A stretch of DNA of 64,000 nt from Parcubacteria group bacterium (GCA_041661275.1 JBAZUU010000002.1:33206-97205); one strand, 5' to 3'. Positions 49,526 to 58,751 are shown, counted from the first letter of the stretch. Program-made: numbers and translations. Notes: generated by a model not told the origin, from the letters alone.

Positions 49526-50257
49526 ACTTCCAAGGTTGAACCTTGGAAGTGAGAATTTTATTATATGCAAAGAAAAATACCATTTATCAATGGGGAGTTT
49601 CATCATATTTATAATCGCGGAGTAGATAAACGCGAAATTTTTCTAGATAGAGATGATTATGAAAGGTTTTTTATTTCTATGTATTTTTTAAATACCAAGG
49701 AAAATGATCTGATAAGCAAGTGGTTAGATTTTAAGAAATTTAATCCCAAGGTTCAACCTTGGGAGTTTAAAAAAATAAAGTCGGAAGATAAACTCGTTGA
49801 GCTTAATTGTTATTGTCTAAATGATAATCATTACCACTTTATTATAAAACAACTTCGAGATAGAGGTATTGAAATATTTATGCAGAAACTGGGAACGAGT
49901 TACACTATGTATTTTAATAAGAAGTATGACAGAAGCGGATCATTGCTTCAGGGAAGGTTTAAGTCGGCTTATATTGACTCCGATGATAAATTGCTCTATT
50001 TGTCAGCGTATGTGAATAAAAATCATTCTATCCATGGGTATAAAGAGGGTGATAATTGGCAATATTCAAGTTTGAATGAATACCTGAATAAAAGCAAAAC
50101 TTTTTGTCTTTGCAATAAAAGTCCGATCATTGATCAATTCAGGGACATAAAGGAGTATCAAAACTATATAAATGTGAATGCGCTACAGATGAGAGAAAGT
50201 AAAGAAATGGAAAAAATGGCATTGGAATTTTAACTTCCAAGGTTGAACCTTGGAAGT
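49526..50257 (+). mobile_element. REP-flanked RAYT cassette
   Basis: Identical 25-bp palindromes ACTTCCAAGGTTGAACCTTGGAAGT at 49526-49550 and 50233-50257 bracket the transposase. Confidence 0.88.
49565..50233 (+). CDS. REP-associated tyrosine transposase (RAYT; Y1 HUH, IS200-like)
   Basis: HIYNRG..R.IF, YCLNDNHYH (HUH), YFNKKY.RSGSLLQGRFK, YVNKN, W.YSS. Confidence 0.92.
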   Translation: MQRKIPFINGEFHHIYNRGVDKREIFLDRDDYERFFISMYFLNTKENDLISKWLDFKKFNPKVQPWEFKKIKSEDKLVELNCYCLNDNHYHFIIKQLRDRGIEIFMQKLGTSYTMYFNKKYDRSGSLLQGRFKSAYIDSDDKLLYLSAYVNKNHSIHGYKEGDNWQYSSLNEYLNKSKTFCLCNKSPIIDQFRDIKEYQNYINVNALQMRESKEMEKMALEF

Positions 50258-50259
50258 TA

Positions 50260-50313
50260 CTTCTCTGTCGGCAAGACGCAAAATGGAAAAGAAAGCCGTG
50301 GAAGGAAGTTTAG
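50260..50313 (+). pseudogene. Displaced second copy of the murF 3' end (17 codons plus stop)
   Basis: LLCRQDAKWKRKPWKEV* versus murF LLCRQDEKWRKKEWKEV* (49468-49521); 40/54 nt identical. Confidence 0.88.
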
Positions 50314-50337
50314 TGTAAGATTATTTTTAGAAATAGT

Positions 50338-50370
50338 AAAACCCCTGGCGGAATACCGGCCAGGGGTTTG
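50338..50370. terminator. Bidirectional terminator
   Basis: AAAACCCCTGGC...GCCAGGGGTTT. Confidence 0.75.
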
Positions 50371-50399
50371 TTGTTTATACCTCCTTGTAGCTATAGCAG

Positions 50400-51818
50400 C
50401 TACAGTTTTTTTACCTCGTTTTTGTGGTAAATACGGACAAAAAACATGCAGCCGTCTTTATAGATCCAGTCAACCCGGATCTTCGGAATCAGCCAGTCGT
50501 GGATGTATCCGTCAACTTCCAGTTTCCTGGATTTTTGCGAGTTTCTGTTTGGATCGAAACTTGCGAGCTTTTTTCTGATCACTTTCTGATGCTTATCCGG
50601 AAATTTAAAGAATCTGTTCATGAACTTTTCCGAATAAAGCATGGCCATATTAGTGGCTTGGCAGAAAGTGGGCAACTCGTCTGTCGCTGTTGCCACAACC
50701 AGATCCAGCTCGCTTGGCTCTGTCTCTAGAGCCAATCCGGATCCTGCATTGTCATTCTCCTGCGACAATGACAATACTTCCGCAGAAAGAAAATTCTTGA
50801 ATTTCTCCAAAATCTTTTCTTCGCCGGATCTTTCCAGGGCGCTGATCCGATTCTGAAGTCGAGTTGTTTCAATGCTGTGCTCACGGAGCAGATTGCCGAT
50901 CTTTTGATCTCTGGCGTTCAATTGCTCCGTCAGATCCTTGTTGTTCTGATAGAGCTTGCGGTACTCTGCCGCTTGAGTGTTCAAGCCTCTTTCCAGCTCC
51001 ATTATCTTGGAAATCGATTCTCCCAGCCGCTTATCACGGTCGTTAGTCTCTTTTTTCAGAGCCGAATTGCTATCCGTAATAATACGGTTCCGCTCTTCCA
51101 ACACTCTATTAGCATTTGAAAAAAAATCAACTTCTTCCAGCAGTTCCAACTCTCTTTTTCTAGACGATTCAAGGGCTGGAAGAGATATATTGGTCAATTC
51201 CTGAACCAAGTTAGGGAAGATGTGACAGAACGTTGTGGACATTTCCTGAATAGCGTCGTTTGCATTTTTAATCTTGACGTAAATTTCAAGACCGGGAATG
51301 TCCATGCTTGTTGCTGGCGGGATTATCGTTTCTTTTGGAATCTCTTCCATTTTCTCTGAAACTTCTTCCGGAATCGCTTCTGACACTTCCAGCGTTTCGT
51401 TTTTTGTCTGTTTTGACCGCAGTTCCTCTAGCTTCTCTCGAGTAGTGATGCCATCGGCCTTCAGGCATTTGATGCCCAGGAAAAATATGGAGGAATTCTT
51501 AAGAGAATTGATATAGTCTTCGATTTCCTTCCGACCCTTCTCTTTTGAATTCAGCCATTGCCAGGAAAGCTGGAGCATCTTAATTGTCGTCCTTACAACA
51601 CCCTTGCCTACACTTACCCCATGTTCTTCGAGAAGTGTTTCCGATACCCATTCCTGAAAATCTGATTCTGTCGCATCTTTGTCTGGATAGATGAAGTCAT
51701 CGTGTAGTTGACTTGCTATTCATGTGATGTTTTCTGTTTTGATTTTTCTTCCCTTATAACCTGTTTGGGAAGTAATCTCGACAAAGTTTGGTGAATGTAA
51801 GAGAAAATTTTCGGCCAT
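50400..51818 (-). pseudogene. Coiled-coil protein with C-terminal RelE/ParE-like domain, single in-frame TGA at codon 33
   Basis: ATG 51818 with GAAAGGAAGG SD and TTGACT-17-TAGGTT promoter is in frame with ORF 50400-51578; the only stop between them is TGA at 51722-51720. Confidence 0.6.
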
Positions 51819-51980
51819 AGCCCCTTCCTTTCGGTTTTCGGGTTTAAAACAAGTTTTTAATGACCTTTCCAGTGCAACTAAACCTAGCATAAAACAGCTA
51901 AAAAGTCAATAGTAGCTTTACTTTTTACCCCCACAATATTATACTAGAAGCAGTAAATAACGGGGGTAAATAATAAAAAT

Positions 51981-52580
51981 ATGTCAGAGTTACTGGAAAA
52001 TCTTTTTGGTTCAAAGGAGAGAGCGAGACTTTTGCGGTTTTTTCTGCAAAATCCCGACCAGTTGTATGAATTTTCTGACGTGGTCAGAAAAAACATGCTC
52101 AAAAACACGAATACAAGAAGAGAGCTTCAAAATCTTGTCAGGATAAAGTTTGCTATAAAAAGAACAAAGCAGGGAAAAAATTTCTACCAACTCAACCAGG
52201 ACTTCAATTTTTATCCGGAACTAAAGAACCTTATCGCCAAATCTAATGTCTATCCGCAGTGTATGAGTCTCGGAAAGATTTCCAAGATCGGCAACATAAA
52301 ACTGGCAGCCATTTCCGGTGTTTTCATCAACTACCAAAAAAGTAAGGCCGATATGATCCTGGTGGGGGACGCCATTTCCAAAGCTAAACTGAAAAATCTT
52401 ATGAATAATTTGGAGGCGGAAATTGGCCGGGAAATAAATTTTGTGCTTATGACTATGGACGAATTTAAATACCGATTGAACATGCTTGATAAATTCGTTT
52501 TGGAATTTCTGGAAGGTCCGCATGAAGAGGTGATAAACAAGATCCAGGGACTTAAGCAGCTTATAGCAAATCGGAAATAA
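51981..52580 (+). CDS. Winged-HTH plus degenerate nucleotidyltransferase-fold protein
   Basis: LFGSKERARLL..F..NP HTH start, FYPELK.L, D..LVGD, E.EIGREIN. Confidence 0.7.
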   Translation: MSELLENLFGSKERARLLRFFLQNPDQLYEFSDVVRKNMLKNTNTRRELQNLVRIKFAIKRTKQGKNFYQLNQDFNFYPELKNLIAKSNVYPQCMSLGKISKIGNIKLAAISGVFINYQKSKADMILVGDAISKAKLKNLMNNLEAEIGREINFVLMTMDEFKYRLNMLDKFVLEFLEGPHEEVINKIQGLKQLIANRK

Positions 52581-52582
52581 AG

Positions 52583-52670
52583 GTTACGAAATACGAAATT
52601 AATACGAAATACGAAAATACGAAAAAGGGAGACAAGACGTTTCGTATTTCGCTCGTTTTGTATTTCGTAA
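52583..52670. repeat. Heptamer-periodic inverted repeat (AATACGA family)
   Basis: TTACGAAATACGAAATTAATACGAAATACGAAAATACGAAA...TTTCGTATTTCGCTCGTTTTGTATTTCGTAA. Confidence 0.85.
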
Positions 52671-52679
52671 AACATAACC

Positions 52680-53765
52680 ATGCTTTATTTATTAATAGGA
52701 ATAATAATAATACTCGCGGCCATCATTTGGCTTTTTTTGGATATGAAAAATAAATTAGGAAACGGGCAGGACGGCGAAAAGATGGTGGCGGTTTTGGAAC
52801 GGCTCAATATGCTTTCCCAGCAAAATGAGCATATGCGTCAGACTATGGATTCCAAGCTTTCTGAAACGCACCGGACAACGCAAGAGCAAATGAATCAAAC
52901 TATAAGGACTGTTCAAGGTATTTCCGGCCAATCGGCTAAGCAGATCGCTGATGTGGTGGCGGGGCTGACTAAGCTCGAAGAGACTAACAAGCAAGTGGTC
53001 AATTTTTCGGCGCAACTGCAGAATTTGCAGGATATTTTGAAAAATCCAAAGCAAAGAGGGGTGCTTGGCGAATATTTTTTGGAAGAAACCCTAAAAAATG
53101 TGTTGCCACCCAATTCCTATCAGATGCAATACAAATTCAAAGACGGTATCATTGTTGACGCGGTGGTGTTTGTGGCCAAAAAAATTGTTCCTATTGATTC
53201 AAAATTTTCCCTGGAGAATTACGAAAGAATCTTGAATGCTAAGGATAGCGAGGAAAGAGAAACGTGGGAAAAATCATTCAAGCAGGATCTCAAAAATCGG
53301 ATCGATGAAACTTCCAAATATATTAGACCGGAAGAAGACACCCTCGATTTTGCCTTTATGTTCATTCCGTCGGAAGCGATATATTATGACTTGCTCATTA
53401 ATAAAGTTGGCGCGGTGCAAGTGAATACTCGCGATCTCATAGAATACGCTTTTTGCGAGAAAAAGGTGATTATTGTTTCACCAACATCTTTCTTGGCCTA
53501 TCTTCAGACAGTTTTGCAGGGATTGCGCGCTCTGCAGATAGAAGAAAGCGCCAAAGAGATCCGTTCCAACGTGGAAAAACTAGGAAGGCATATAGTTTCC
53601 TTCGAGGAATTTATGAAAAAAGCAGGTGGAAGCCTGGGGACGACAGTCAGTCATTTCAACAGCGCTTACAAGGAATTTGGAAAAATTGACAAAGACGTGG
53701 CTAAAATTACCGAAGGGGAAAAGCAGATTGAGGTATTGGCTCTCGAAAAACCGACACTGGAATAA
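52680..53765 (+). CDS. rmuC: DNA recombination protein RmuC
   Basis: NPKQRGVLGE, PIDSKF, DFAFMFIPSE, VSPT. Confidence 0.93.
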   Translation: MLYLLIGIIIILAAIIWLFLDMKNKLGNGQDGEKMVAVLERLNMLSQQNEHMRQTMDSKLSETHRTTQEQMNQTIRTVQGISGQSAKQIADVVAGLTKLEETNKQVVNFSAQLQNLQDILKNPKQRGVLGEYFLEETLKNVLPPNSYQMQYKFKDGIIVDAVVFVAKKIVPIDSKFSLENYERILNAKDSEERETWEKSFKQDLKNRIDETSKYIRPEEDTLDFAFMFIPSEAIYYDLLINKVGAVQVNTRDLIEYAFCEKKVIIVSPTSFLAYLQTVLQGLRALQIEESAKEIRSNVEKLGRHIVSFEEFMKKAGGSLGTTVSHFNSAYKEFGKIDKDVAKITEGEKQIEVLALEKPTLE

Positions 53766-53777
53766 ATCCTAAAAGAT

Positions 53778-54191
53778 ATGGAGATAAAGAGGGGAGATAA
53801 TCAGAAAGAGCGGAAAAGCTTGACGGGAAAGTTCAAGCTTTTTTTCAAAGGGCCGTTTCTTGGCGATAAAATTAATCTTTGGTTATTAATCATAACTTTA
53901 GTAGTGAATATTATTAACTGGCTCATTCTTCTAATTTTTCTAAAGCCGGCTACGGAAAATATAATTTTGCATTATAATGTTTATTTTGGAGTGGATATGA
54001 CAGGGAAAAGAATTTTGGCATTTATACTCCCGGCCATCGGACTGCTTCTCATCATAATCAATTCATATCTTGCCAAATATTTTCATCGCAACAACGAAAC
54101 CATTGCCGGGTACATTCTTCTTATCGCGGCTCTCATGGCGCAACTGTCCTTGATTATCGCGTCATTCAGTGTTATAATCATAAACTACTAA
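53778..54191 (+). CDS. Hypothetical membrane protein
   Basis: Three TM helices, ILHYNVYFGVD. Confidence 0.75.
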   Translation: MEIKRGDNQKERKSLTGKFKLFFKGPFLGDKINLWLLIITLVVNIINWLILLIFLKPATENIILHYNVYFGVDMTGKRILAFILPAIGLLLIIINSYLAKYFHRNNETIAGYILLIAALMAQLSLIIASFSVIIINY

Positions 54192-54194
54192 ATT

Positions 54195-55886
54195 ATGTAT
54201 AGTTTTCCCGATCCCAAAACTAAAGATCCTAAAGAACGCCGAATGCAAAGAATGTTGGAAATTATTCCCGGCTCGCTGACCTGGCTGACGCTCATCGGTA
54301 TGTTTTTGCTGTCGTTTTTGGTTCCTATCTGGGTGGCCTATTTCATTATTGCCTTTGACATCTATTGGATTTTGCGTACTATTTTCATCGCTTATTATTC
54401 CGTCCAGGGATTCAGGAAACTAAAAGAAGGAAAGAAGATCAATTGGTGGGAAAGATGCCAGAATATTCGTGAGCCTAAAAAATATGCCGATTCTTTGCAT
54501 TTAAGATACAAAGAATTCAAGGAAGCTATAGCCGCGGGGGAGATAACCGACCGAAAAGAAATTAAACTGCTCAAAGAAGAAGCCAGGCGTCAGAAGAAAT
54601 ATATAAAAGAAGTTAATAAATTGGAAGATATAAAAGACCAAATAATGGACTGGCGGGAAATTATTCATGTGGTGATGTTGCCCACAGCCAATGAACCGGC
54701 CGATGTTATCGAGCCGTCTATCCAGGCAATAGCTGACGCCAATTTTCCCAACCAACAATTTATAATTCTTTTGGCAACAGAAGAACGGGAGCCGGAGGAG
54801 CAGAGGCTCCAGAAGGTAAATTATCTCAAAAATAAATTCGACGGAGTTTTTCGGGATTTCATCGTTACCGCTCACAGGGTAACGGACGTTGAAATGAAAG
54901 CTAAGGGGTCAAACGCCACTTATGCTGCCAAAGAACTGGTCGCATATCTGTCCGAACGAAAAATAGATTTCAAAAAAGTTATATTTTCCAACTTTGATTG
55001 TGATTCCGTGGCTCATCCTCAATATTTTGCCGCTCTGACTTATGAGTACATCACTGATCCCAAAAGGCTGCAGAGATCCTATCAGCCGCTGCCGATGTAT
55101 CACAACAATCTTTGGGATACCAACGCCTTTGTCCGGGTGATCGTTACTGGATCCAGTTTCTGGCATATTTTTCAGAGCACCAGAGGAGAGGGGATGGTCA
55201 CTTTTTCTTCGCATTCTGAACCGTTTGATACGCTTTGCAAAGTTGATTTTTGGCCAGTCAATATGATCAGCGAAGACTCGGTGATTTTCTGGAAATGTTA
55301 CGCTTATTTTAATGGTGATTATAGAGTGAAACCGGTTTATCTTCCAATATCTCTCGATGCCGTTTTGGCGGAAACTTATTGGAAAACCATCAAAAACCAA
55401 TACAAGCAAAAAAGACGTTGGGCTTATGGCATAGAAAATTTTCCGGTGATCACAAGAGCCATCATTCCGAACAAAAAAATGAAATTCACCAAGAAATTCA
55501 AGGCTATTTTCGAAATGCTCGAAGGTCATCATTCATGGGCCACTTCCTCCATAATTCTGGCCATTCTGGGATGGTTGCCGCTCATTATCGGTGGAGAAGT
55601 GTTCAATCAAAGTGTCCTGGCGCACAATTTGCCCTTTATTACCCGCTATCTTATGACAATTGCCATGTTTGGACTCATCGTTTCCATGTCATTGAGTTTT
55701 CTTCTTATGCCGCCGCGTCCGGCTAAATATTCCAAATGGCGCAATTTATACATGCTTCTTCAATGGGTGCTGGTTCCCATCATCGCGCCGTTTCTTGGAT
55801 CTATGCCTGCCATAGAATCCCAAACACGAATAATGCTGGGAAAATATTTTGGAGAATTTTGGGTGACGGAAAAAATGAGAAAATAA
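54195..55886 (+). CDS. Family 2 processive membrane glycosyltransferase
   Basis: K..N, DCD, SED, QKRRWAYG (QxxRW) motifs plus TM helices. Confidence 0.85.
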   Translation: MYSFPDPKTKDPKERRMQRMLEIIPGSLTWLTLIGMFLLSFLVPIWVAYFIIAFDIYWILRTIFIAYYSVQGFRKLKEGKKINWWERCQNIREPKKYADSLHLRYKEFKEAIAAGEITDRKEIKLLKEEARRQKKYIKEVNKLEDIKDQIMDWREIIHVVMLPTANEPADVIEPSIQAIADANFPNQQFIILLATEEREPEEQRLQKVNYLKNKFDGVFRDFIVTAHRVTDVEMKAKGSNATYAAKELVAYLSERKIDFKKVIFSNFDCDSVAHPQYFAALTYEYITDPKRLQRSYQPLPMYHNNLWDTNAFVRVIVTGSSFWHIFQSTRGEGMVTFSSHSEPFDTLCKVDFWPVNMISEDSVIFWKCYAYFNGDYRVKPVYLPISLDAVLAETYWKTIKNQYKQKRRWAYGIENFPVITRAIIPNKKMKFTKKFKAIFEMLEGHHSWATSSIILAILGWLPLIIGGEVFNQSVLAHNLPFITRYLMTIAMFGLIVSMSLSFLLMPPRPAKYSKWRNLYMLLQWVLVPIIAPFLGSMPAIESQTRIMLGKYFGEFWVTEKMRK

Positions 55887-55893
55887 TTATCTT

Positions 55894-56916
55894 ATGATAA
55901 AATTTCTTATCCCATTCATAACTTCTTTTCTATCGACTGTCATTTTGATAGCACTCCTGATATTGATAGCGAAAAGAATCAAATGGAGAAAAAGAATTTC
56001 GGATAGACATATTCATAAAGATGGGGTTTATAGGATAGGGGGCATAGCCATGGCGCTAGCTTTTAATATTGCTATCATAACAAATCGCGACCTCACAATA
56101 ACCCCAGAACTTTGTGGACTTTCAATAGGAACGCTGGCTATAATGATCTTTGGATTTTGGGATGATCTCAAAGAGCTCTATTGGAAGATACAATTAGCTT
56201 GCCAGATCGGAGTAGCTATTTTCATTTTTATTTTAGGTGTGAGAATTTATTACATCACTAATCCGATAACGGGTGGAATAATTTCTTTGGATTATGGCTT
56301 AGGAGTGATCATCGCCACGCTTATGGTTCTATTTTGGATAGTTCTTGTTATGAACGCGATCAACTGGTTGGACGGCGTAGACGGCCTTTCTGGAGGCGTA
56401 ACTGCCATAACGACTGTGACTATTTTTTTCTTGAGTCTTCATCCGGATGTTAATCAACCGCCGATAGCTATTATTTGTGCCGCCCTTTTCGGAACGGTTT
56501 TGGGCTTTATAATATTTAATTTTTATCCTTCACGTATCCTAGCCGGTACATCCGGCTCAATGTTTATGGGATTGGCACTGGCGGTCCTTGCGGTTTTTGC
56601 CGGAACAAAAATTGCTACCGCTCTTTTGGTGCTTTCCATTCCCATTATTGATCTAGCCTGGGTAATCGGGGAAAGGATCAAGTCAGGAAAGTCAATTTTT
56701 AAGCCAGATAAAAAACACCTTCATTACAGACTTTTGGATCTGGGCTGGTCGCAAAAAAAAGTAGCTTGGTTTTATTATATCTTTACTGCAATAATTGCTA
56801 TTATCGCACTTAACACCAGAGTAATCGGGAAAAGCATTACTATTGTCCTGGTTCTGGTTTTTATGGTGATCATATACTTCACAATAAGAAAAAAATGTCG
56901 AAAGAAAAACAAATAA
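55894..56916 (+). CDS. MraY/WecA-family undecaprenyl-phosphate sugar-1-phosphate transferase
   Basis: GFWDD, NAINWLDGVDGL, FNFYPS, DKKHLHYRL. Confidence 0.9.
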   Translation: MIKFLIPFITSFLSTVILIALLILIAKRIKWRKRISDRHIHKDGVYRIGGIAMALAFNIAIITNRDLTITPELCGLSIGTLAIMIFGFWDDLKELYWKIQLACQIGVAIFIFILGVRIYYITNPITGGIISLDYGLGVIIATLMVLFWIVLVMNAINWLDGVDGLSGGVTAITTVTIFFLSLHPDVNQPPIAIICAALFGTVLGFIIFNFYPSRILAGTSGSMFMGLALAVLAVFAGTKIATALLVLSIPIIDLAWVIGERIKSGKSIFKPDKKHLHYRLLDLGWSQKKVAWFYYIFTAIIAIIALNTRVIGKSITIVLVLVFMVIIYFTIRKKCRKKNK

Positions 56917-56917
56917 A

Positions 56918-57349
56918 ATGAAAAAACAAATTATCATAATTACAATTATCTTTGTGGTTTTAATTCTTTCTGGTTTATATTATTTTTTCCAAAAAAATCA
57001 AAAATCAGCTGAAATTAACGGTCATAAGTTTAAATTGGAGCTGGCTATAAGCAGAGAGGAAAAAGAAAGAGGGCTTTCTGGAAGAGATGGTTTATGTCAG
57101 GAATGCGGTATGCTTTTTATTTTTCCCCAAAAGGGAATCGATAATTTTTGGATGAAAGATATGCAATTTGATCTGGATATTATTTGGATAAGTGACGGGA
57201 GGATTGTGTATTTAGCGAAAAATATAGCTTATGATAATAAAATAACGATAAAGCCTGGAAAGCCAGCCGATCAAGTCTTGGAAATAAATGCCGGATTATC
57301 TGACAGATATGGCTTGAAAGAAGGGGATAAGGTAACAATGTCATATTAA
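56918..57349 (+). CDS. DUF192 protein
   Basis: ERGLSGR, GMLFIF, FWMKDM.F.LDIIW, VLEINAG. Confidence 0.9.
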   Translation: MKKQIIIITIIFVVLILSGLYYFFQKNQKSAEINGHKFKLELAISREEKERGLSGRDGLCQECGMLFIFPQKGIDNFWMKDMQFDLDIIWISDGRIVYLAKNIAYDNKITIKPGKPADQVLEINAGLSDRYGLKEGDKVTMSY

Positions 57350-57357
57350 CCGCCAAC

Positions 57358-57393
57358 AAAAACTCCCCGCCAATATGGGCGGGGAGTTTTTTA
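57358..57393. terminator. Bidirectional terminator
   Basis: AAAAACTCCCCGCC...GGCGGGGAGTTTTT. Confidence 0.8.
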
Positions 57394-57471
57394 TAAAAAA
57401 TCTTGAGATTTTCTAAATAAAGAACAGTAGAATTTTATTTTGTTTCTGCATCTGCACAATAGCTCTTACTC

Positions 57472-58125
57472 TCATGAAAACGAAGCTACTCTTACTGAAT
57501 ACTTGTGAAGATTCTGGAGTTGTTTGTCATTAAGATTCTTGGATTTGCTTATGGCTTCCTGGATCAGGCCTTTTTCGAATTCTACTGAAGTTCCGATACG
57601 AACAGTGCCTTTTTTAGCTACTCTTTTCCGCAAATAGTCTTCAATATAGATCTTGTGTTCAGCAGTCAACGCTGAATCAGGGTTTTTTTCCAAATAATTA
57701 GCCAAAGCGCGTCTGGCTAATTTTGTGGTTCCGTCGCCTCTTGAGGCAGTTTCTACAAAAGACTTATCAGTTTCCTGGCTGGTAGCGGATGAGGTTACCT
57801 GGTCGGCTGGTTTGCTTTGAACAGCTTGCTGGTTGCTGGTAGTTCCATTGCTTTCTTCAGCGGCTTTACCCGATTCTTCATTGGTGGCACCTTCTTCCTT
57901 GTTGTCACTAGTTCCGGCGATCTGTTCTAAGACATTGCCTTGGTCGTTATTTCCTGCGAGTTCCGGAGTAGCTGATCTCTTAGAATAAGAATAAATTCCA
58001 CCAGCGATAACAACGACGATCAGTACGCTGATAATTATTCTCAAGTTGTCCCTTAGCCATTGTTTTGCACCTCCTTCTTCGAAATCTTCATTGAAATCTT
58101 CATTCTTTGGTTCTTGGTTTTCCAT
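57472..58125 (-). CDS. Membrane-anchored hypothetical protein
   Basis: Strong SD, one TM, low-complexity linker, C-terminal domain (GDG.T.LARRAL, IYIEDY). Confidence 0.8.
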   Translation of the reverse strand: MENQEPKNEDFNEDFEEGGAKQWLRDNLRIIISVLIVVVIAGGIYSYSKRSATPELAGNNDQGNVLEQIAGTSDNKEEGATNEESGKAAEESNGTTSNQQAVQSKPADQVTSSATSQETDKSFVETASRGDGTTKLARRALANYLEKNPDSALTAEHKIYIEDYLRKRVAKKGTVRIGTSVEFEKGLIQEAISKSKNLNDKQLQNLHKYSVRVASFS

Positions 58126-58149
58126 TTGTTCACCTTCCTTTCTAGAGGA

Positions 58150-58194
58150 TCCGCCTAATTTTTTTCAAGCAAAGCTCGAAAAAATTTTGGCGGA
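58150..58194. repeat. CCGCC-AAATTTT-type palindrome
   Basis: TCCGCCTAATTTTTTTC...GAAAAAATTTTGGCGGA; resembles the hairpin nested at 5455-5481 and 9676-9701. Confidence 0.65.
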
Positions 58195-58370
58195 AAAATA
58201 AATTATTAAGGTGCTTACGTTGAAGCTTGCGGCTCTTGCGAGCGTCTCATATTAAATTCTAACAAAATCTGAACTGACGTCAACTAGACAAGCGGGTTAA
58301 AATAGGGCTTAATATGGGACATAGCACAGAATATTGGCGCCTAGGAAAGTTCCAGCTTCTTCGGAGTAAT

Positions 58371-58474
58371 AATTTAAAATTTGAAATTTATAATTTGAAA
58401 TGAATTTGAAATGATTTAATTTTAAATTTAAAATTAAGATTTGATTTAAAATTATAAATTCTAAATTTAAAATT
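58371..58474. repeat. Heptamer-periodic inverted repeat (AAATTTN family)
   Basis: AATTTAA AATTTGA AATTTAT AATTTGA AATGAATTT...TTATAAATTCTAAATTTAAAATT. Confidence 0.8.
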
Positions 58475-58751
58475 ATTTTGAAATATTTTTTTCTGGTTGT
58501 GGTATTATCTTATGTTTTAGTTCTTTTTGAAAAAATATTTTTGAAAAAAAGTTATCCACAGCAAAAAAAATAAATTTTTCTATTGCGTAAATATCATATT
58601 GGTATATAATTAAGTATAGAAAAATATTTTTCAAAATATTTTTTAAAACAAATGGTCGAAAACAAAAAAAGGATAAACGTATCCTATTAAAATAATTTAA
58701 ATTCCGCTTAAAATTTTTCGCGGAAAAATTAGAAAGGAAGGTGGAACCAAA

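Noticed and set aside
49468-50313. murF tail pair as a diversity-generating retroelement VR/TR
   Set aside because: Mismatches are not adenine-specific, many are synonymous third positions, and no reverse transcriptase is present
50243-50578. 111-aa ORF after the RAYT
   Set aside because: Starts in the REP and crosses the murF remnant, the terminator and an antisense gene
51720-51722. UGA reassignment (code 25) or selenocysteine
   Set aside because: TGA clearly terminates the prenyl synthase, uppS, trxA and prfA genes; the context is not a redox motif
19109-58560. oriC at the DnaA boxes (19165, 44037-44056, 58552)
   Set aside because: Only one or two boxes per site and no dnaA/dnaN nearby; more likely regulatory
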